NCBI GenBank assembly: GCA_963720765.1
Contig: CAVRGS010000007.1
Span: forward strand, 136,663 to 200,662
DNA length: 64,000 nt
Source of the DNA: an uncultured Actinomycetes bacterium
Lineage (GTDB): Bacteria; Actinomycetota; Acidimicrobiia; IMCC26256; DASPTH01
Direction of reading: 5' to 3'
Part shown: in pieces, positions 49,138 to 59,172 of the stretch
Layout: the number at the start of each line of letters is the position of its first letter
How positions within the stretch are numbered: the stretch's first letter is position 1
The notes under the pieces: generated by a model
The model's database searches: none
What the model was told of the DNA's origin: nothing
Seen by the model: the letters and a program-made list of their open reading frames with translations, nothing else
Position numbers and translations under genes: made by a program

Positions 49138-50753
49138 CCTTGCCCGTCTGGGTGTAGGGCAACTCGGTGCGGAACTCGACGTACGCCGGCACCTTGAACC
49201 GGGCGAGTCCCTCCGCCACCCACTCCTGCACCGCGGACGGTTCGAGTGACGCGCCTGGCTGCAGCACCACGACGGCCATGACCTCCTGGCCGAGCGTGCG
49301 ATGCGGGACGCCGATCACCGCGGCATCGGCGATGTCGGGGTGCTCGATCAGCCGGTGCTCGATCTCCATCGGGTAGATGTTCTCGCCGCCGCGGATGACG
49401 AGGTCGCGCATGCGGCTCTCGAGCCAGAGCACGCCATCCTCGATGCGGCCGTAGTCGCCGGTGTGGTACCAGCGCTCGTCGTCGAGCACCTTGGCGGTGG
49501 CCTCGGGGTCCTCCCAGTACCCGGTGAACACCACGCCGCCGCGCAGGCAGATCTCTCCCACCTCACCCTCGGCGAGCGGGTTGCGATCGTCGTCGCGGAT
49601 CTGCACCTCGATGGTGGGGTACGGCGCGCCCACCGACTCACGGTGCGTGAAGTAGCGCGCGCCCGACAGCAGCGTGCCCGCGCCCATCGACTCGCTCATG
49701 CCGTACCCGTTCGACAGGTTGGCGGTGGGGATCTTCTCGTTGAGCACGCGCATCAGCTCGGGCGGGAAGGGCGCGCCACCCGACGACACCATCGTGAGAC
49801 ACGACAGGTCGAACGAGTCGAAGTCGGGGTGTTCGAGCATGCGCCAGAACTGCGTGGGAACGCCCGACCACGCCGACACGCGGTTGTCCGCGGTGAGGCG
49901 CAGGTGCACCTCGGGGTCCCAACGCCCCGGGGGCGGGAACACCAGCGACGACCCGAAGCGCGCACCGGTCATGAACAACGGCGCGGTGCCGGAGATGTGG
50001 AAGAACGGTGTCGCGCAGATCGACGCGGGCGGCGGCGCGTCGGGCGGCGGAGGCGGGACGTTGTTGAGGATCATCGTGACCGCGCGCCCGTACGCCATCG
50101 CCGAACCCATGTGCACCATGTTCCGGTGGGTCAGCGTCGCACCCTTCGGACGTCCGGTGGTGCCCGACGTGAAGAGGATCATGAACGGATCGTCTTCGTC
50201 GATGGCGACGTCGGGGAGCTCCGCCCGTTCTTCGGCCGCGACGTGCAGCATCGGTGTGCCTTCGATGCCGACCTCGGCCAGCCGTTCGAGGCGGACCTCG
50301 TCGCCGAACAGCACCGTCGGCCGTGTGAGCTCCATGCCGTACGCGAGCTCGGGCCCCGTCCACCAACCGTTCAGCCCGACGATGATCGCCCCCAGGCTCA
50401 CCACCGCGAGCTGCGCCAGCGCGTAGTCGAGGCTGTTGGCGCTGGCGAACGCGACGCGATCGCCCTTGCCGACCCCGTACTCGTCCGCGAGCACGCGCGC
50501 GATCGCGCCCGCGCGCCGGCACCTCGCCGAACGTGATCACTTCATCGGGAAACACCAGGTACGGACGATCTCCGAACTGCTCGGCGCTCGTGCGCAGCAC
50601 CTCGACCAGGTCGTGCGGGCGCTGCACGAACACCTCGCACTCGGCCCCGAGCACCACTTCGGTGGCGCGCTCGAACATCGCGCCGGGCCCGCTCAGCGCG
50701 GCGCGCTGCTCGGGCGTGAGCCGCTCCTCGTCGTAGTACCGGAGAGTCGTCAC
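49097..50753 (-). CDS. Acyl-CoA synthetase / AMP-binding enzyme (frameshift near 50510)
   Basis: LFTSGTTGRPKG, GYGMSE, YHTGD, IRGGENIYP, TGKVMK. Confidence 0.92.
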
Positions 50754-50754
50754 C

Positions 50755-51621
50755 TCAATGCAGCTTGAGGACGCGCTCCGCGTTCTCCTTGAGGAACTTC
50801 GGCCACACGTGGTCGCGGAACGGCACGTTCACCATGTCACCCATGATGCGGTCGAGGGTGAGCCCCATCGGGTAGTACCCGGCGTAGATGATCTTGTCGG
50901 CGCCACGCGTGTTGGCGTAGTCGATGATCGCCTTCGGATAGTGCTTCGGCGCGAACGCGCTGGTGCAGTAGTGCAGGCCCGGCCACTTGAGCATGAGCTT
51001 CACCGCGAGGTCCTCCCACGGCTCGCACCCGTGTCGGGTCACGAACACGAGGTCGGGGAAGTCGTACATCACGTCGTCGATGTACTCCACCTTCTGCGGG
51101 TCCATCTTCAAGCGCGGCCCCGGCACGCCCGCATTCACGAACACGGGGATGCCGAGCTCCACGCACTTCGCGTACACCGGGTACATCTGCGGCGCGTTGA
51201 TGCGGATCTGCGGGAACAGCCCGCACGGGAAGATGTCGACGGCGCGGATGTCCCACTGCTCGTGCGCCTCGGTGATGCGGCGAAGCACGCCCATGATGTC
51301 GTTGGGGTCGACGCTGATCGCACCGACGAAGCGATCGGGGTGGTCCTTCAGCGCACGCTCGGAGTTGCTGCTCCCGATGCCGATGAGGCCGCGCTCGATG
51401 TTGTGCTTGTCCATCTCGCGCAGCGTCACCGCGACGGGGTCCTCGCCGTCCTTGTTCTCGTCGGGCACGTCCTTGAACATGTACTCGACCGGGAACTGGT
51501 ACTCGTCCTTCGACTGCGAGTCCTTCGTCTGCTTGGTGATGAACTCGTACAGCTTCTTCTTGTCCTCGATCGGGAAGCTGATCATGCAGTCGATGATCGG
51601 GACGTCGGTGGGCATCGCCAT
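50755..51621 (-). CDS. Amidohydrolase family protein (Amidohydro_2)
   Basis: YPVYAKCVELGIP, GVPGPR, RHGCEPW, SAFAPKHYP, KIIYAGYYP. Confidence 0.88.
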   Translation of the reverse strand: MAMPTDVPIIDCMISFPIEDKKKLYEFITKQTKDSQSKDEYQFPVEYMFKDVPDENKDGEDPVAVTLREMDKHNIERGLIGIGSSNSERALKDHPDRFVGAISVDPNDIMGVLRRITEAHEQWDIRAVDIFPCGLFPQIRINAPQMYPVYAKCVELGIPVFVNAGVPGPRLKMDPQKVEYIDDVMYDFPDLVFVTRHGCEPWEDLAVKLMLKWPGLHYCTSAFAPKHYPKAIIDYANTRGADKIIYAGYYPMGLTLDRIMGDMVNVPFRDHVWPKFLKENAERVLKLH

Positions 51622-51648
51622 GGGACGGTTCGCTCCTCGGAGGGACGA

Positions 51649-52572
51649 CTACTTGATGGGCCCGAACACCATGCCGCGATGGCGGGTCTGGAACAACTCG
51701 GTGGCCATGGTCATCCCGAGCTTCTCGGCGTCCCACGGCTTGCCGTCACAGCTGACGTCGGCGCGCTCGTACCAGCCACCCATCCAGATGAGCTTGTCGT
51801 GGATCACCCGGATCACCTGGCCGGTCACGTAGTCGGCCTCGTCGCTCGCCAGCCAGGCCACCACCGGCGAGCTGTTCTTCGGGTCCATCGGGTTCCACTC
51901 GCCCTCGGGAACGTCGTTCGGCTCGAACGCCTCGCCCGAACCCGGCATGGTCGCGGTGATGCGGGTGAGCCCCGCGGGACCGATGCAGTTCACGGTCACG
52001 TTCGAGCGGTAGAGCTCCTGCGCGAGCGTGAGGGTGAGGCCGACGATCGCAGCCTTGGCGGTGGCGTAGCCCGACTGCCCGAAGTTGCCGCCCAGACCCG
52101 CACCCGACGTCGTGTTGATGATGCGGCCGTGGAACGTGTCGTCGTTCTTCGCCCGGTCGCGGAAGTACTTCGACGCGAAGTGCGAGGTGGACCACGTGCC
52201 ACGCACGTGCACCCGCATCACCAGGTCCCAGTCGTCGACCGGCATGTTCCAGATGGCGGCGTCGCGCACGATGCCGGCGTTGTTCACGACGATGTCGAGC
52301 TGACCGAACGTGTCGATCGCCTGCTGGACGAGCTCGCCGCACTGATCGTGGTCGCTCACGTCGCCGTAGTTCGACACCGCTTCACCGCCGGCGTCGACGA
52401 TGAGCTGGACGGTGTCGTCGGCCGCTTTGCCGGTGCCCTCGCCGCGCTCGCTGCCACCGAGGTCGTTCACCACGACCTTGGCGCCGTGCCGGGCCATCTC
52501 CATTGCGTGACCCCGACCGATGCCGTGGCCCGCGCCGGTGACGATCGCTACCTTGCCGTCGAGCAGCCCCAC
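51649..52572 (-). CDS. Short-chain dehydrogenase/reductase
   Basis: IVTGAGHGIG, VVVNDLG, NNAGIVRD, NFGQSGYATAK. Confidence 0.93.
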   Translation of the reverse strand: MGLLDGKVAIVTGAGHGIGRGHAMEMARHGAKVVVNDLGGSERGEGTGKAADDTVQLIVDAGGEAVSNYGDVSDHDQCGELVQQAIDTFGQLDIVVNNAGIVRDAAIWNMPVDDWDLVMRVHVRGTWSTSHFASKYFRDRAKNDDTFHGRIINTTSGAGLGGNFGQSGYATAKAAIVGLTLTLAQELYRSNVTVNCIGPAGLTRITATMPGSGEAFEPNDVPEGEWNPMDPKNSSPVVAWLASDEADYVTGQVIRVIHDKLIWMGGWYERADVSCDGKPWDAEKLGMTMATELFQTRHRGMVFGPIK

Positions 52573-52643
52573 GGCTCCCCCTGTGATCTCGAGTGCGTGC
52601 GTTTCTGACGGGTCGTCAGGCGCCGGATTGTATATTCCGCCCC

Positions 52644-54233
52644 GTGAGCACCCACATCCCACCGCCGGACACGGTGCCGGGCGTCGTGCACCGCGCGGCT
52701 GCTCTCTGGCCCGACGACGAGGCGGTCGTCGACCGAGCCACTCGCTTGACGTTCGCGCAGCTCGACACCGCGGTGCGCGAGGCGGCCAAGGCCTTCGTGG
52801 CCACCGGCCTGCAACCGGGGGACCGGGCGTCGGTGTGGGCGCCCAACATGCACCAGTGGATCGTCACCGCCCTCGGTCTCTATGCCGCAGGCGGTGTGCT
52901 GGTACCGCTCAACACCCGGTTCAAGGGCACCGAGGCCGCGCACGTGCTGCGCACGTCGGGGGCGCGCTTCCTGTTCACCGTCACCGACTTCCTCGACACG
53001 AACTACGTCGAGCTGCTCGATGACGCCGGCGCGCGCGACCTGGTCGAGGAGATCGTCATCCTCGAGGGCTCGGTGCCCGACGGCACCGTCAGCTGGGGCG
53101 ACTTCCTCGCTCGCGGCGCGCCCGTCGCTGATGCCGACGTCGACGCGCGTGAAGCGACGCTCACCGGCGACACGATGTGCGACATCATCTTCACGTCGGG
53201 AACCACCGGCGCACCGAAGGGCGCGATGCTCCGCCACGGTGCGAGCGTGCGGTTGTACGCGTCGTGGGCCGAGGTCGTGGGACTGCGCCACGGCGACCGC
53301 TACCTGCTGATCTACCCGCTGTTCCACACCGCGGGACTGAAGTCGGGTCTGCTCGCGTCGTTGCTGATGGGCGCGACGTTGCTCCCTCACCTCGTGTTCG
53401 ATCCGCAGACGGTGATGGCCACGGTGCAGGCCGAACGCATCTCGATGCTGCCGGGGCCGCCCGCGATCTACCAGACCATCCTCAATGCCGACGTCAGCGA
53501 GTACGACGTGTCCTCACTGCGCCTGGCGGTGACCGGGGCGGCGGTCGTCCCGGTCGAGCTGGTGGTGAAGCTGCGCAACGAGCTCGGGTTCGATTCGGTC
53601 GTCACCGGTTACGGGCTCACCGAGACCACCGGCACGGTGGCCATGTGTCGCCACGACGACGACCCCGAGATCATCGCCCACACCTCGGGCCGGCCGCTCG
53701 ACGGCATCGAGATGAAGATCGTCGACGCCGACGGCGACGAGGTGCCCACCGGCGACCAGGGCGAGATCGTGACGCGCGGGTACCAGGTGATGATCGGCTA
53801 CTTCGACAACCCGGAAGCGACGGCAGAGGCCATCGACGCCGACGGCTGGCTGCACACCGGCGACGTGGGGTACGTCGACGCGCAGGACAACGTCACCATC
53901 ACCGACCGCATCAAGGACATGTTCATCGTCGGTGGCTTCAACGTGTACCCCGCCGAGATCGAGGGACTCATGCTCGAGCACCCCGACCTCGCGCAGGTCG
54001 CGATCGTGGGCGTGCCCGACGAGCGCATGGGCGAGGTGGGCATGGCGTTCGTGGTACCGACCGCCGGCCACGCCGTCGACCACGACGCGGTGCTGTCGTG
54101 GGCGCGCGAGCACATGGCCAACTTCAAGGCGCCCCGCTACCTCGAGGTCGTCGACGCGCTCCCGCTGAACGCGAGCGGCAAGGTGCTGAAGTTCGAACTG
54201 CGCGAACGGGGGCGCGAGCTCACTGGTTCCTGA
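52644..54233 (+). CDS. FadD3-like acyl-CoA ligase
   Basis: PLNTRFKGTEA, IIFTSGTTGAPKG, GYGLTE, LHTGD, KDMFIVGGFNVYPAE, NASGKVLK; TATATT -10 seven nt before the GTG. Confidence 0.92.
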   Translation: MSTHIPPPDTVPGVVHRAAALWPDDEAVVDRATRLTFAQLDTAVREAAKAFVATGLQPGDRASVWAPNMHQWIVTALGLYAAGGVLVPLNTRFKGTEAAHVLRTSGARFLFTVTDFLDTNYVELLDDAGARDLVEEIVILEGSVPDGTVSWGDFLARGAPVADADVDAREATLTGDTMCDIIFTSGTTGAPKGAMLRHGASVRLYASWAEVVGLRHGDRYLLIYPLFHTAGLKSGLLASLLMGATLLPHLVFDPQTVMATVQAERISMLPGPPAIYQTILNADVSEYDVSSLRLAVTGAAVVPVELVVKLRNELGFDSVVTGYGLTETTGTVAMCRHDDDPEIIAHTSGRPLDGIEMKIVDADGDEVPTGDQGEIVTRGYQVMIGYFDNPEATAEAIDADGWLHTGDVGYVDAQDNVTITDRIKDMFIVGGFNVYPAEIEGLMLEHPDLAQVAIVGVPDERMGEVGMAFVVPTAGHAVDHDAVLSWAREHMANFKAPRYLEVVDALPLNASGKVLKFELRERGRELTGS

Positions 54234-55125
54234 GGTCGCGTCGCAGGGTCGCCTTGCCGTCCGTGGCCTTCACCACGTCGACGATCTGGTGCGCGGCCGC
54301 CGCGTCGCCCTTCAGGGAGTGGTTCCAGAACAGGACCGTGGTTGCGTCGACGATCGCGCTGGAGGCGTCGCGAGGGACCTCGAACGGCGGCGAGTGGCCC
54401 TCCTCGTGCAGGGTGATGAACCACTTGGGCGGCGCGAGCTGCGCGTACGCGCTCTGGCTGTTGTGCAACCCGACGTCGGCGTCGCCGTGCAGCAACAGCA
54501 CGGGCACGTCCTGGTGGACGTACCTCCCGGTCGGGAACACGTCGTGCACGCCGGCCATGACGACCGCGGCCGTGATCCGGCCGTCCTGGCAACAGGTGTG
54601 CGAGATCAGTCCGTACACCGTCATCCCGCCGAGCGACATGCCGGCGGCCCCGACCTCGTCGGGATCGATCCCGAGGGCGCGGGCACGGTCCAGGACCTCG
54701 TCGAGCACGAAGCGCGCGTCGGCGGCCTGGTCGACGACCTCACTGCGCAGTGCCTTGCCGCGTGCGTCCTTCGTCGTCGTGGGGAACGTGGGAGCCACCA
54801 CCACGTAGCCCGCCCGCGTCCACCCGTCGAGCAGTGGCGCCAGTGAGCTCGGATTCCCGTCGAGCCCGTGGATGGCCAGGATCACCGGCACCGGAGTCGC
54901 GGGTGACGGTGCGGGTTCGCGCACCTGTGTCACAAGGGTGCGACACCGGCCGCGGACGCGATGAGCGAAGGTGTAGTCGGTGCGCGTGACGCCCGCGCTC
55001 GCCGGCTTCGGCGTCCCCGACGCAGGGCCGTCGACGCATGGGCTCGACACCGCCGCCGATGCAGGCGCGGCGGGCAGGGAGGCGCAGCACACGAGAACGG
55101 CGATCGCGAAGGGCACGGCGCGCAC
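54220..55125 (-). CDS. Secreted alpha/beta hydrolase
   Basis: Signal peptide, ILAIHGL, GMSLGG nucleophile elbow, LLLHGDAD, EGH. Confidence 0.85.
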   Translation of the reverse strand: MRAVPFAIAVLVCCASLPAAPASAAVSSPCVDGPASGTPKPASAGVTRTDYTFAHRVRGRCRTLVTQVREPAPSPATPVPVILAIHGLDGNPSSLAPLLDGWTRAGYVVVAPTFPTTTKDARGKALRSEVVDQAADARFVLDEVLDRARALGIDPDEVGAAGMSLGGMTVYGLISHTCCQDGRITAAVVMAGVHDVFPTGRYVHQDVPVLLLHGDADVGLHNSQSAYAQLAPPKWFITLHEEGHSPPFEVPRDASSAIVDATTVLFWNHSLKGDAAAAHQIVDVVKATDGKATLRRDLRNQ

Positions 55126-55188
55126 GCGCCCGACGGTACCGACGAGACCTGTGAACCAGCCGAGTGTGGTTCGCGGCAGGCGCGCCTC

Positions 55189-55479
55189 TCAGCTCTCGAC
55201 GATCTCGCTGGTCTGCATGACCGGCTGGATGTCGGTGTAGTTGGCCACGTCGGCCATGATCGCCCCGGTGCCCTCGGCACCCATGGCTTCGCCGATGGCG
55301 TCGGTCGACGGGAAGAAGAAGTGCACCGCAGCCTCGTACGGGCCGTTCAGGCCCTTGTCGATCTCGACGCGCTCGACGCCCCAGGTCGACACCGCGAGCG
55401 GCACGTGCTTGTCGCGGTAGTAGTCGTGGTCGAACCTCGCACCGTCGGTCTTCGGGTACAGGACGCTGAGTCGGATCAT
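55189..55479 (-). CDS. EthD family protein
   Basis: MIRLSVLYPKTDGARFDHDYYRDKHVPL...IMADVANYTDIQPVMQTSEIV. Confidence 0.9.
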   Translation of the reverse strand: MIRLSVLYPKTDGARFDHDYYRDKHVPLAVSTWGVERVEIDKGLNGPYEAAVHFFFPSTDAIGEAMGAEGTGAIMADVANYTDIQPVMQTSEIVES

Positions 55480-55587
55480 CGCCGGAGTCTCGCACAGGAG
55501 CGGGCCGGGCGGCCATGGCCCGAGTCGCTCATCCCCACGTAACGTCGGATTCACCGGACGCGCACCACTTCGTCACAACGCCTGCGT

Positions 55588-55660
55588 ACGGTGCATCCCC
55601 AGGTGAGCCGGGAAGTCTGGTCGGCCTGCTGCCGGGGTGCACTCGGCGGCAGCACATCCG
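55588..55660 (+). ncRNA. Candidate cis-regulatory RNA (riboswitch-like) in the nhaA leader
   Basis: GGTGCATCCCCAGGTGAGCCGGGAAGTCTGGTCGGCCTGCTGCCGGGGTGCAC, with competing stems, immediately upstream of nhaA. Confidence 0.45.
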
Positions 55661-55683
55661 TCGAATGATGGGGTTGCAGCTCG

Positions 55684-56907
55684 ATGCCGGCCACCACCAC
55701 CGACGCGCCCGCGCGTCCCCGCCGCCGCCGTCCCTCGGCGGTCGGCGAGTTCCTGTCGACCGAGTCGCTCGGCGGCATCGTCCTCCTGACCGCGGTCGCA
55801 GCTGCCATCATCTGGGCGAACACCGCGCCGGGTGCGTACGGTGCGTTCTGGTCCACCGACCTGACCCTCGGCATCGGTGACCTCGCCGTCACCGAGACGC
55901 TCGCACACTGGGTGACCGAGGGGTTGATGACGATCTTCTTCTTCGTCGTCGGCCTCGAGATCAAGCGTGAGCTCGTGCGCGGCGAGCTCCGCGATCCTCG
56001 CCGGGCCGCGCTGCCGGCGATCGCGGCGGTCGGGGGCATGGTCGTGCCGGCGATCTGCTTCGTGCTGTTGAACCTCGGCAAGCCGACGGCCGACGGGTGG
56101 GGCATCCCGGTGGCCACCGACATCGCGTTCGCGGTGGCGGTGCTCGCACTGTTCGGCTCGCGGATCCCGCGGCCGCTCAAGGTGTTCCTGCTCACGCTGG
56201 CGATCGTCGACGACATCGGCGCGATCGTCGTGATCGCGATCTTCTACTCGCGCGGCGTGTCCGGCGCGTGGCTGCTCGCCGCGGCGCTCGTGGTGATGGG
56301 GATCGTCGCGATGCGACACCTCGGTGTGAGCCGCGTCGCGTGGTTCGTCGTCCCCGGTGCGGCGCTCTGGTACTGCTGCCTCGAGTCCGGGATCCATCCG
56401 ACCATCGCAGGCGTCGTCCTCGGCCTCCTGGCCCCCACCGGAGACGTCGGTGGCCGTCCGTTGCTGGAGCAGCTCGAGCACCGCTTGCACCCGTGGTCGA
56501 GCCTGCTCATCGTGCCCCTGTTCGCACTGGCGAGCGCAGGCGTCGTGCTCGACGTCGAGTCGCTGCGTCACGCCGCCGGGAGCTCGGTCACGTGGGGGGT
56601 CGTCGTGGGGCTCGTGGTCGGCAAGCCGCTGGGGATCCTCCTGGCGTGCGTCGTCGCGCTCCGGCTGCGGATCGGTCTGCTGCCGTCGCACGTGCGCCAC
56701 TCCCACCTGCTGGGCGCTGGTTGCCTCGCCGGCATCGGCTTCACGGTGTCGCTCTTCGTCGCCGATCTCGCGTTCCGGGGCGTGTGGTTGCGCGACGCCA
56801 AGCTCGGCATCCTCGCGGCGTCGATCACCAGCGCTGCGATCGGCGCCCTCGTGCTCGCCGTCCTCCCGTCGAAAAGGTCTGGCGCCCACGAGGAGGTGAC
56901 GCCATGA
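55684..56907 (+). CDS. nhaA: Na+/H+ antiporter NhaA
   Basis: GLMTIFFFVVGLEIKRE, GWGIPVATDIAF, LAIVDDIG (twin Asp), PLFALASAGV, VGKPLGI, GIGFTVSLF. Confidence 0.95.
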   Translation: MPATTTDAPARPRRRRPSAVGEFLSTESLGGIVLLTAVAAAIIWANTAPGAYGAFWSTDLTLGIGDLAVTETLAHWVTEGLMTIFFFVVGLEIKRELVRGELRDPRRAALPAIAAVGGMVVPAICFVLLNLGKPTADGWGIPVATDIAFAVAVLALFGSRIPRPLKVFLLTLAIVDDIGAIVVIAIFYSRGVSGAWLLAAALVVMGIVAMRHLGVSRVAWFVVPGAALWYCCLESGIHPTIAGVVLGLLAPTGDVGGRPLLEQLEHRLHPWSSLLIVPLFALASAGVVLDVESLRHAAGSSVTWGVVVGLVVGKPLGILLACVVALRLRIGLLPSHVRHSHLLGAGCLAGIGFTVSLFVADLAFRGVWLRDAKLGILAASITSAAIGALVLAVLPSKRSGAHEEVTP

Positions 56908-57389
56908 GCACCGTCGAGGTCCGCACACGCGACGACGGTGCGCAATGGCGCCTCGCCCGGTTCGTGGTCGTCCAGCCCGTCGACGACGCCGCCGAGCTCG
57001 ATCCGCCCGTGGAGCGGGCGATGCCCTTCGACGACGTCGAGCCGTGGCCGGTCCTGGACGCTGACGGGCTCCTGCGCTTTCGTGGTCGTTGGGTCGCGGT
57101 GCCTCCCGCGCAGGTCGCACTCGTGCGCGTCCTGCTCCACCGCTTCCAGTCCACGGTGTCGGACGACGAGCTCCTGACGACGTTCGCCACCGGCTCCTCG
57201 GCGGGATCGGCGCGCAAGCTCGCCGGTGCGATGCACCGGCTGCGGGGCCGGGTGGCGGAGTGCGGTCTGGTCCTGAGCCGCGTGCGCGCCCGCGGATACA
57301 TCCTCGACTACGCGCACGTACCCGTCATGGAGCCGTCAGAAGACGGTGCCACTCCGTCAGGTTCGGCGGTGAACCTGTCAGTCGACTGA
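56904..57389 (+). CDS. Winged-helix (OmpR/PhoB C-terminal-like) protein without a receiver domain
   Basis: LDADGLLRFRGRWVAVPP...LVRVLL...KLAGAMHRLRGRV...LSRVRARGYIL; ATGA overlap with nhaA. Confidence 0.7.
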   Translation: MSTVEVRTRDDGAQWRLARFVVVQPVDDAAELDPPVERAMPFDDVEPWPVLDADGLLRFRGRWVAVPPAQVALVRVLLHRFQSTVSDDELLTTFATGSSAGSARKLAGAMHRLRGRVAECGLVLSRVRARGYILDYAHVPVMEPSEDGATPSGSAVNLSVD

Positions 57390-57482
57390 CGCTGATCTGA
57401 CATCGACCTGAGACGGCGGCGTCACCCACCGTTCGTAGGTTGCGGAGCGTTCCGTACTTCCGACTCGAAGGGAACGCTCGGC

Positions 57483-58820
57483 GTGAAACTCAAACTGCTC
57501 CTGCTCCCGGCCCTGGCCCTCACGGTGCTCGGCGCCGGCGCATCACCCGCCTTCGCGGCGGACGGCGCCGCGAAGGTCCAGTCGATCCTCGACAACGTCT
57601 GGATCCTCGTCGCCGCCGTGCTCGTCATCTTCATGCAGGCCGGCTTCGCCCTGGTGGAAGCCGGCCTCACCCGGGGCAAGAACGTCAGCAACATCATGAT
57701 GAAGAACATGATGGACTTCTGCTGCGGCGTGCTCGCGTTCGCGCTGGTGGGCTTCACCATCGCGTTCGGCAAGGGCAACGACCTGTTCGGCCACACCGGC
57801 TGGATGCTCGACAGCAAGCAGTACGACTTCGGCAACCTCACGTTGCCCACGTACTTCATCTTCCAGGTGGCGTTCGCGGCGACGGCGGCAACCATCGTCT
57901 CCGGCGCGATGGCCGAACGGACGAAGTTCAAGAGCTACATCATCTACTCGGTGTTCATCACCGCGCTGGTGTACCCGGTCGTGGTGCACTGGGTGTGGGG
58001 CGGCGGGTGGCTCTCGCAGCTCGACACCCCGTTCGTCGACTTCGCCGGCTCCACCGTCGTGCACAGCGTCGGCGGCTGGGCCGCGCTGATGGGTGCGATG
58101 ATCCTCGGACCGCGCATCGGGAAGTACGGACCCGACGGCAAGCCGCGTGCGATCCCGGGGCACTCGGTGCCGTTCGCCATCGTCGGCGTGTTCATCCTGT
58201 TGGTCGGATGGTTCGGGTTCAATCCCGGTTCCGAACTGGCAGCCGACCTGGCGGTGACGACGATCGCCGTGACCACCGTGCTCGCGGCCGCCGCGGGGGC
58301 GGTGACCGGGATGATCACCATCTGGCTCATCAGCGGCAAACCAGACGTCGCCATGACCGGCAACGGTGTGCTGGCCGGGCTGGTCGGGATCACCGCGGGC
58401 TGCGCCAGCGTCAGCAACTGGGGTGCCGTGATCATCGGGGGCATCGCCGGCGTGATCGTGGTGTTGGCGGTGCTGTTCTTCGACCGCATCCGCATCGACG
58501 ACCCGGTCGGCGCGGTCTCCGTGCACGGTGTCTGCGGTGCATGGGGCACGCTCGCGGTGGGGCTCTTCGCCACCGAGGGCGGGCTGTTCTACGGCGACGG
58601 GGCCGACCAACTCCTCACCCAGGCGATCGCCGTGGTGGCGGTGTTCGCGTTCGTCGTGATCACCACCGGTGCGCTGTTCCTCGCGCTGAAGCACACCATC
58701 GGACTCCGGGTCAGCCCGGAGGAGGAGCTCGAAGGACTCGACGTCCACGAACACGGGGCGGCCGGCTACGGCCTCGAAGTCTTCCCGAGCGGTCCCGAGC
58801 CCACCCCCGTCGGCGCCTGA
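57483..58820 (+). CDS. amtB: Ammonium transporter
   Basis: FMQAGFALVEAG, FQVAFAATAATIVSGAMAER, DFAGSTVVH, GWFGFNPGS, IDDPVGAVSVHG, GLDVHEHG. Confidence 0.97.
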   Translation: MKLKLLLLPALALTVLGAGASPAFAADGAAKVQSILDNVWILVAAVLVIFMQAGFALVEAGLTRGKNVSNIMMKNMMDFCCGVLAFALVGFTIAFGKGNDLFGHTGWMLDSKQYDFGNLTLPTYFIFQVAFAATAATIVSGAMAERTKFKSYIIYSVFITALVYPVVVHWVWGGGWLSQLDTPFVDFAGSTVVHSVGGWAALMGAMILGPRIGKYGPDGKPRAIPGHSVPFAIVGVFILLVGWFGFNPGSELAADLAVTTIAVTTVLAAAAGAVTGMITIWLISGKPDVAMTGNGVLAGLVGITAGCASVSNWGAVIIGGIAGVIVVLAVLFFDRIRIDDPVGAVSVHGVCGAWGTLAVGLFATEGGLFYGDGADQLLTQAIAVVAVFAFVVITTGALFLALKHTIGLRVSPEEELEGLDVHEHGAAGYGLEVFPSGPEPTPVGA

Positions 58821-58833
58821 TCGAGGAGGATCT

Positions 58834-59172
58834 GTGCAGCTCATCACCGCCATCATCAAGTCGTACAAGATCGACGATGTGAAGGAGGCGCTCACGACAG
58901 CCGGTGCGACCGGCATCACCGTCAGCGACGTCAGGGGCTTCGGCCGCCAGGGCGGGCACACGGAGACCTACCGGGGCGCCGAGTACCGGGTCGACTTCCT
59001 GCCCAAGACCAAGCTCGAGGTCGTCGCCGACGACGCGCTGGCACCGGCGCTGGTCGAGGTGCTCGTCGCCGCCGCCCGGACCGGCAAGATCGGCGACGGC
59101 AAGGTCTGGGCGACCCCGGTCACCCGCCTGGTGCGGGTGCGGACCGGCGAGGAGGGCCCGGAGGCCGTCTAA
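58834..59172 (+). CDS. glnK: Nitrogen regulatory protein P-II
   Basis: GFGRQGGHTETYRGAEY, RTGKIGDGKVW, VRVRTGEEG; directly downstream of amtB. Confidence 0.95.
   Translation: MQLITAIIKSYKIDDVKEALTTAGATGITVSDVRGFGRQGGHTETYRGAEYRVDFLPKTKLEVVADDALAPALVEVLVAAARTGKIGDGKVWATPVTRLVRVRTGEEGPEAV

Noticed and set aside
57390-57482. GlnR box upstream of amtB (GAGAC-n6-GTCAC-like)
   Set aside because: Only a weak partial match to gTnAc-n6-GaAAc; not distinguishable from chance by eye.
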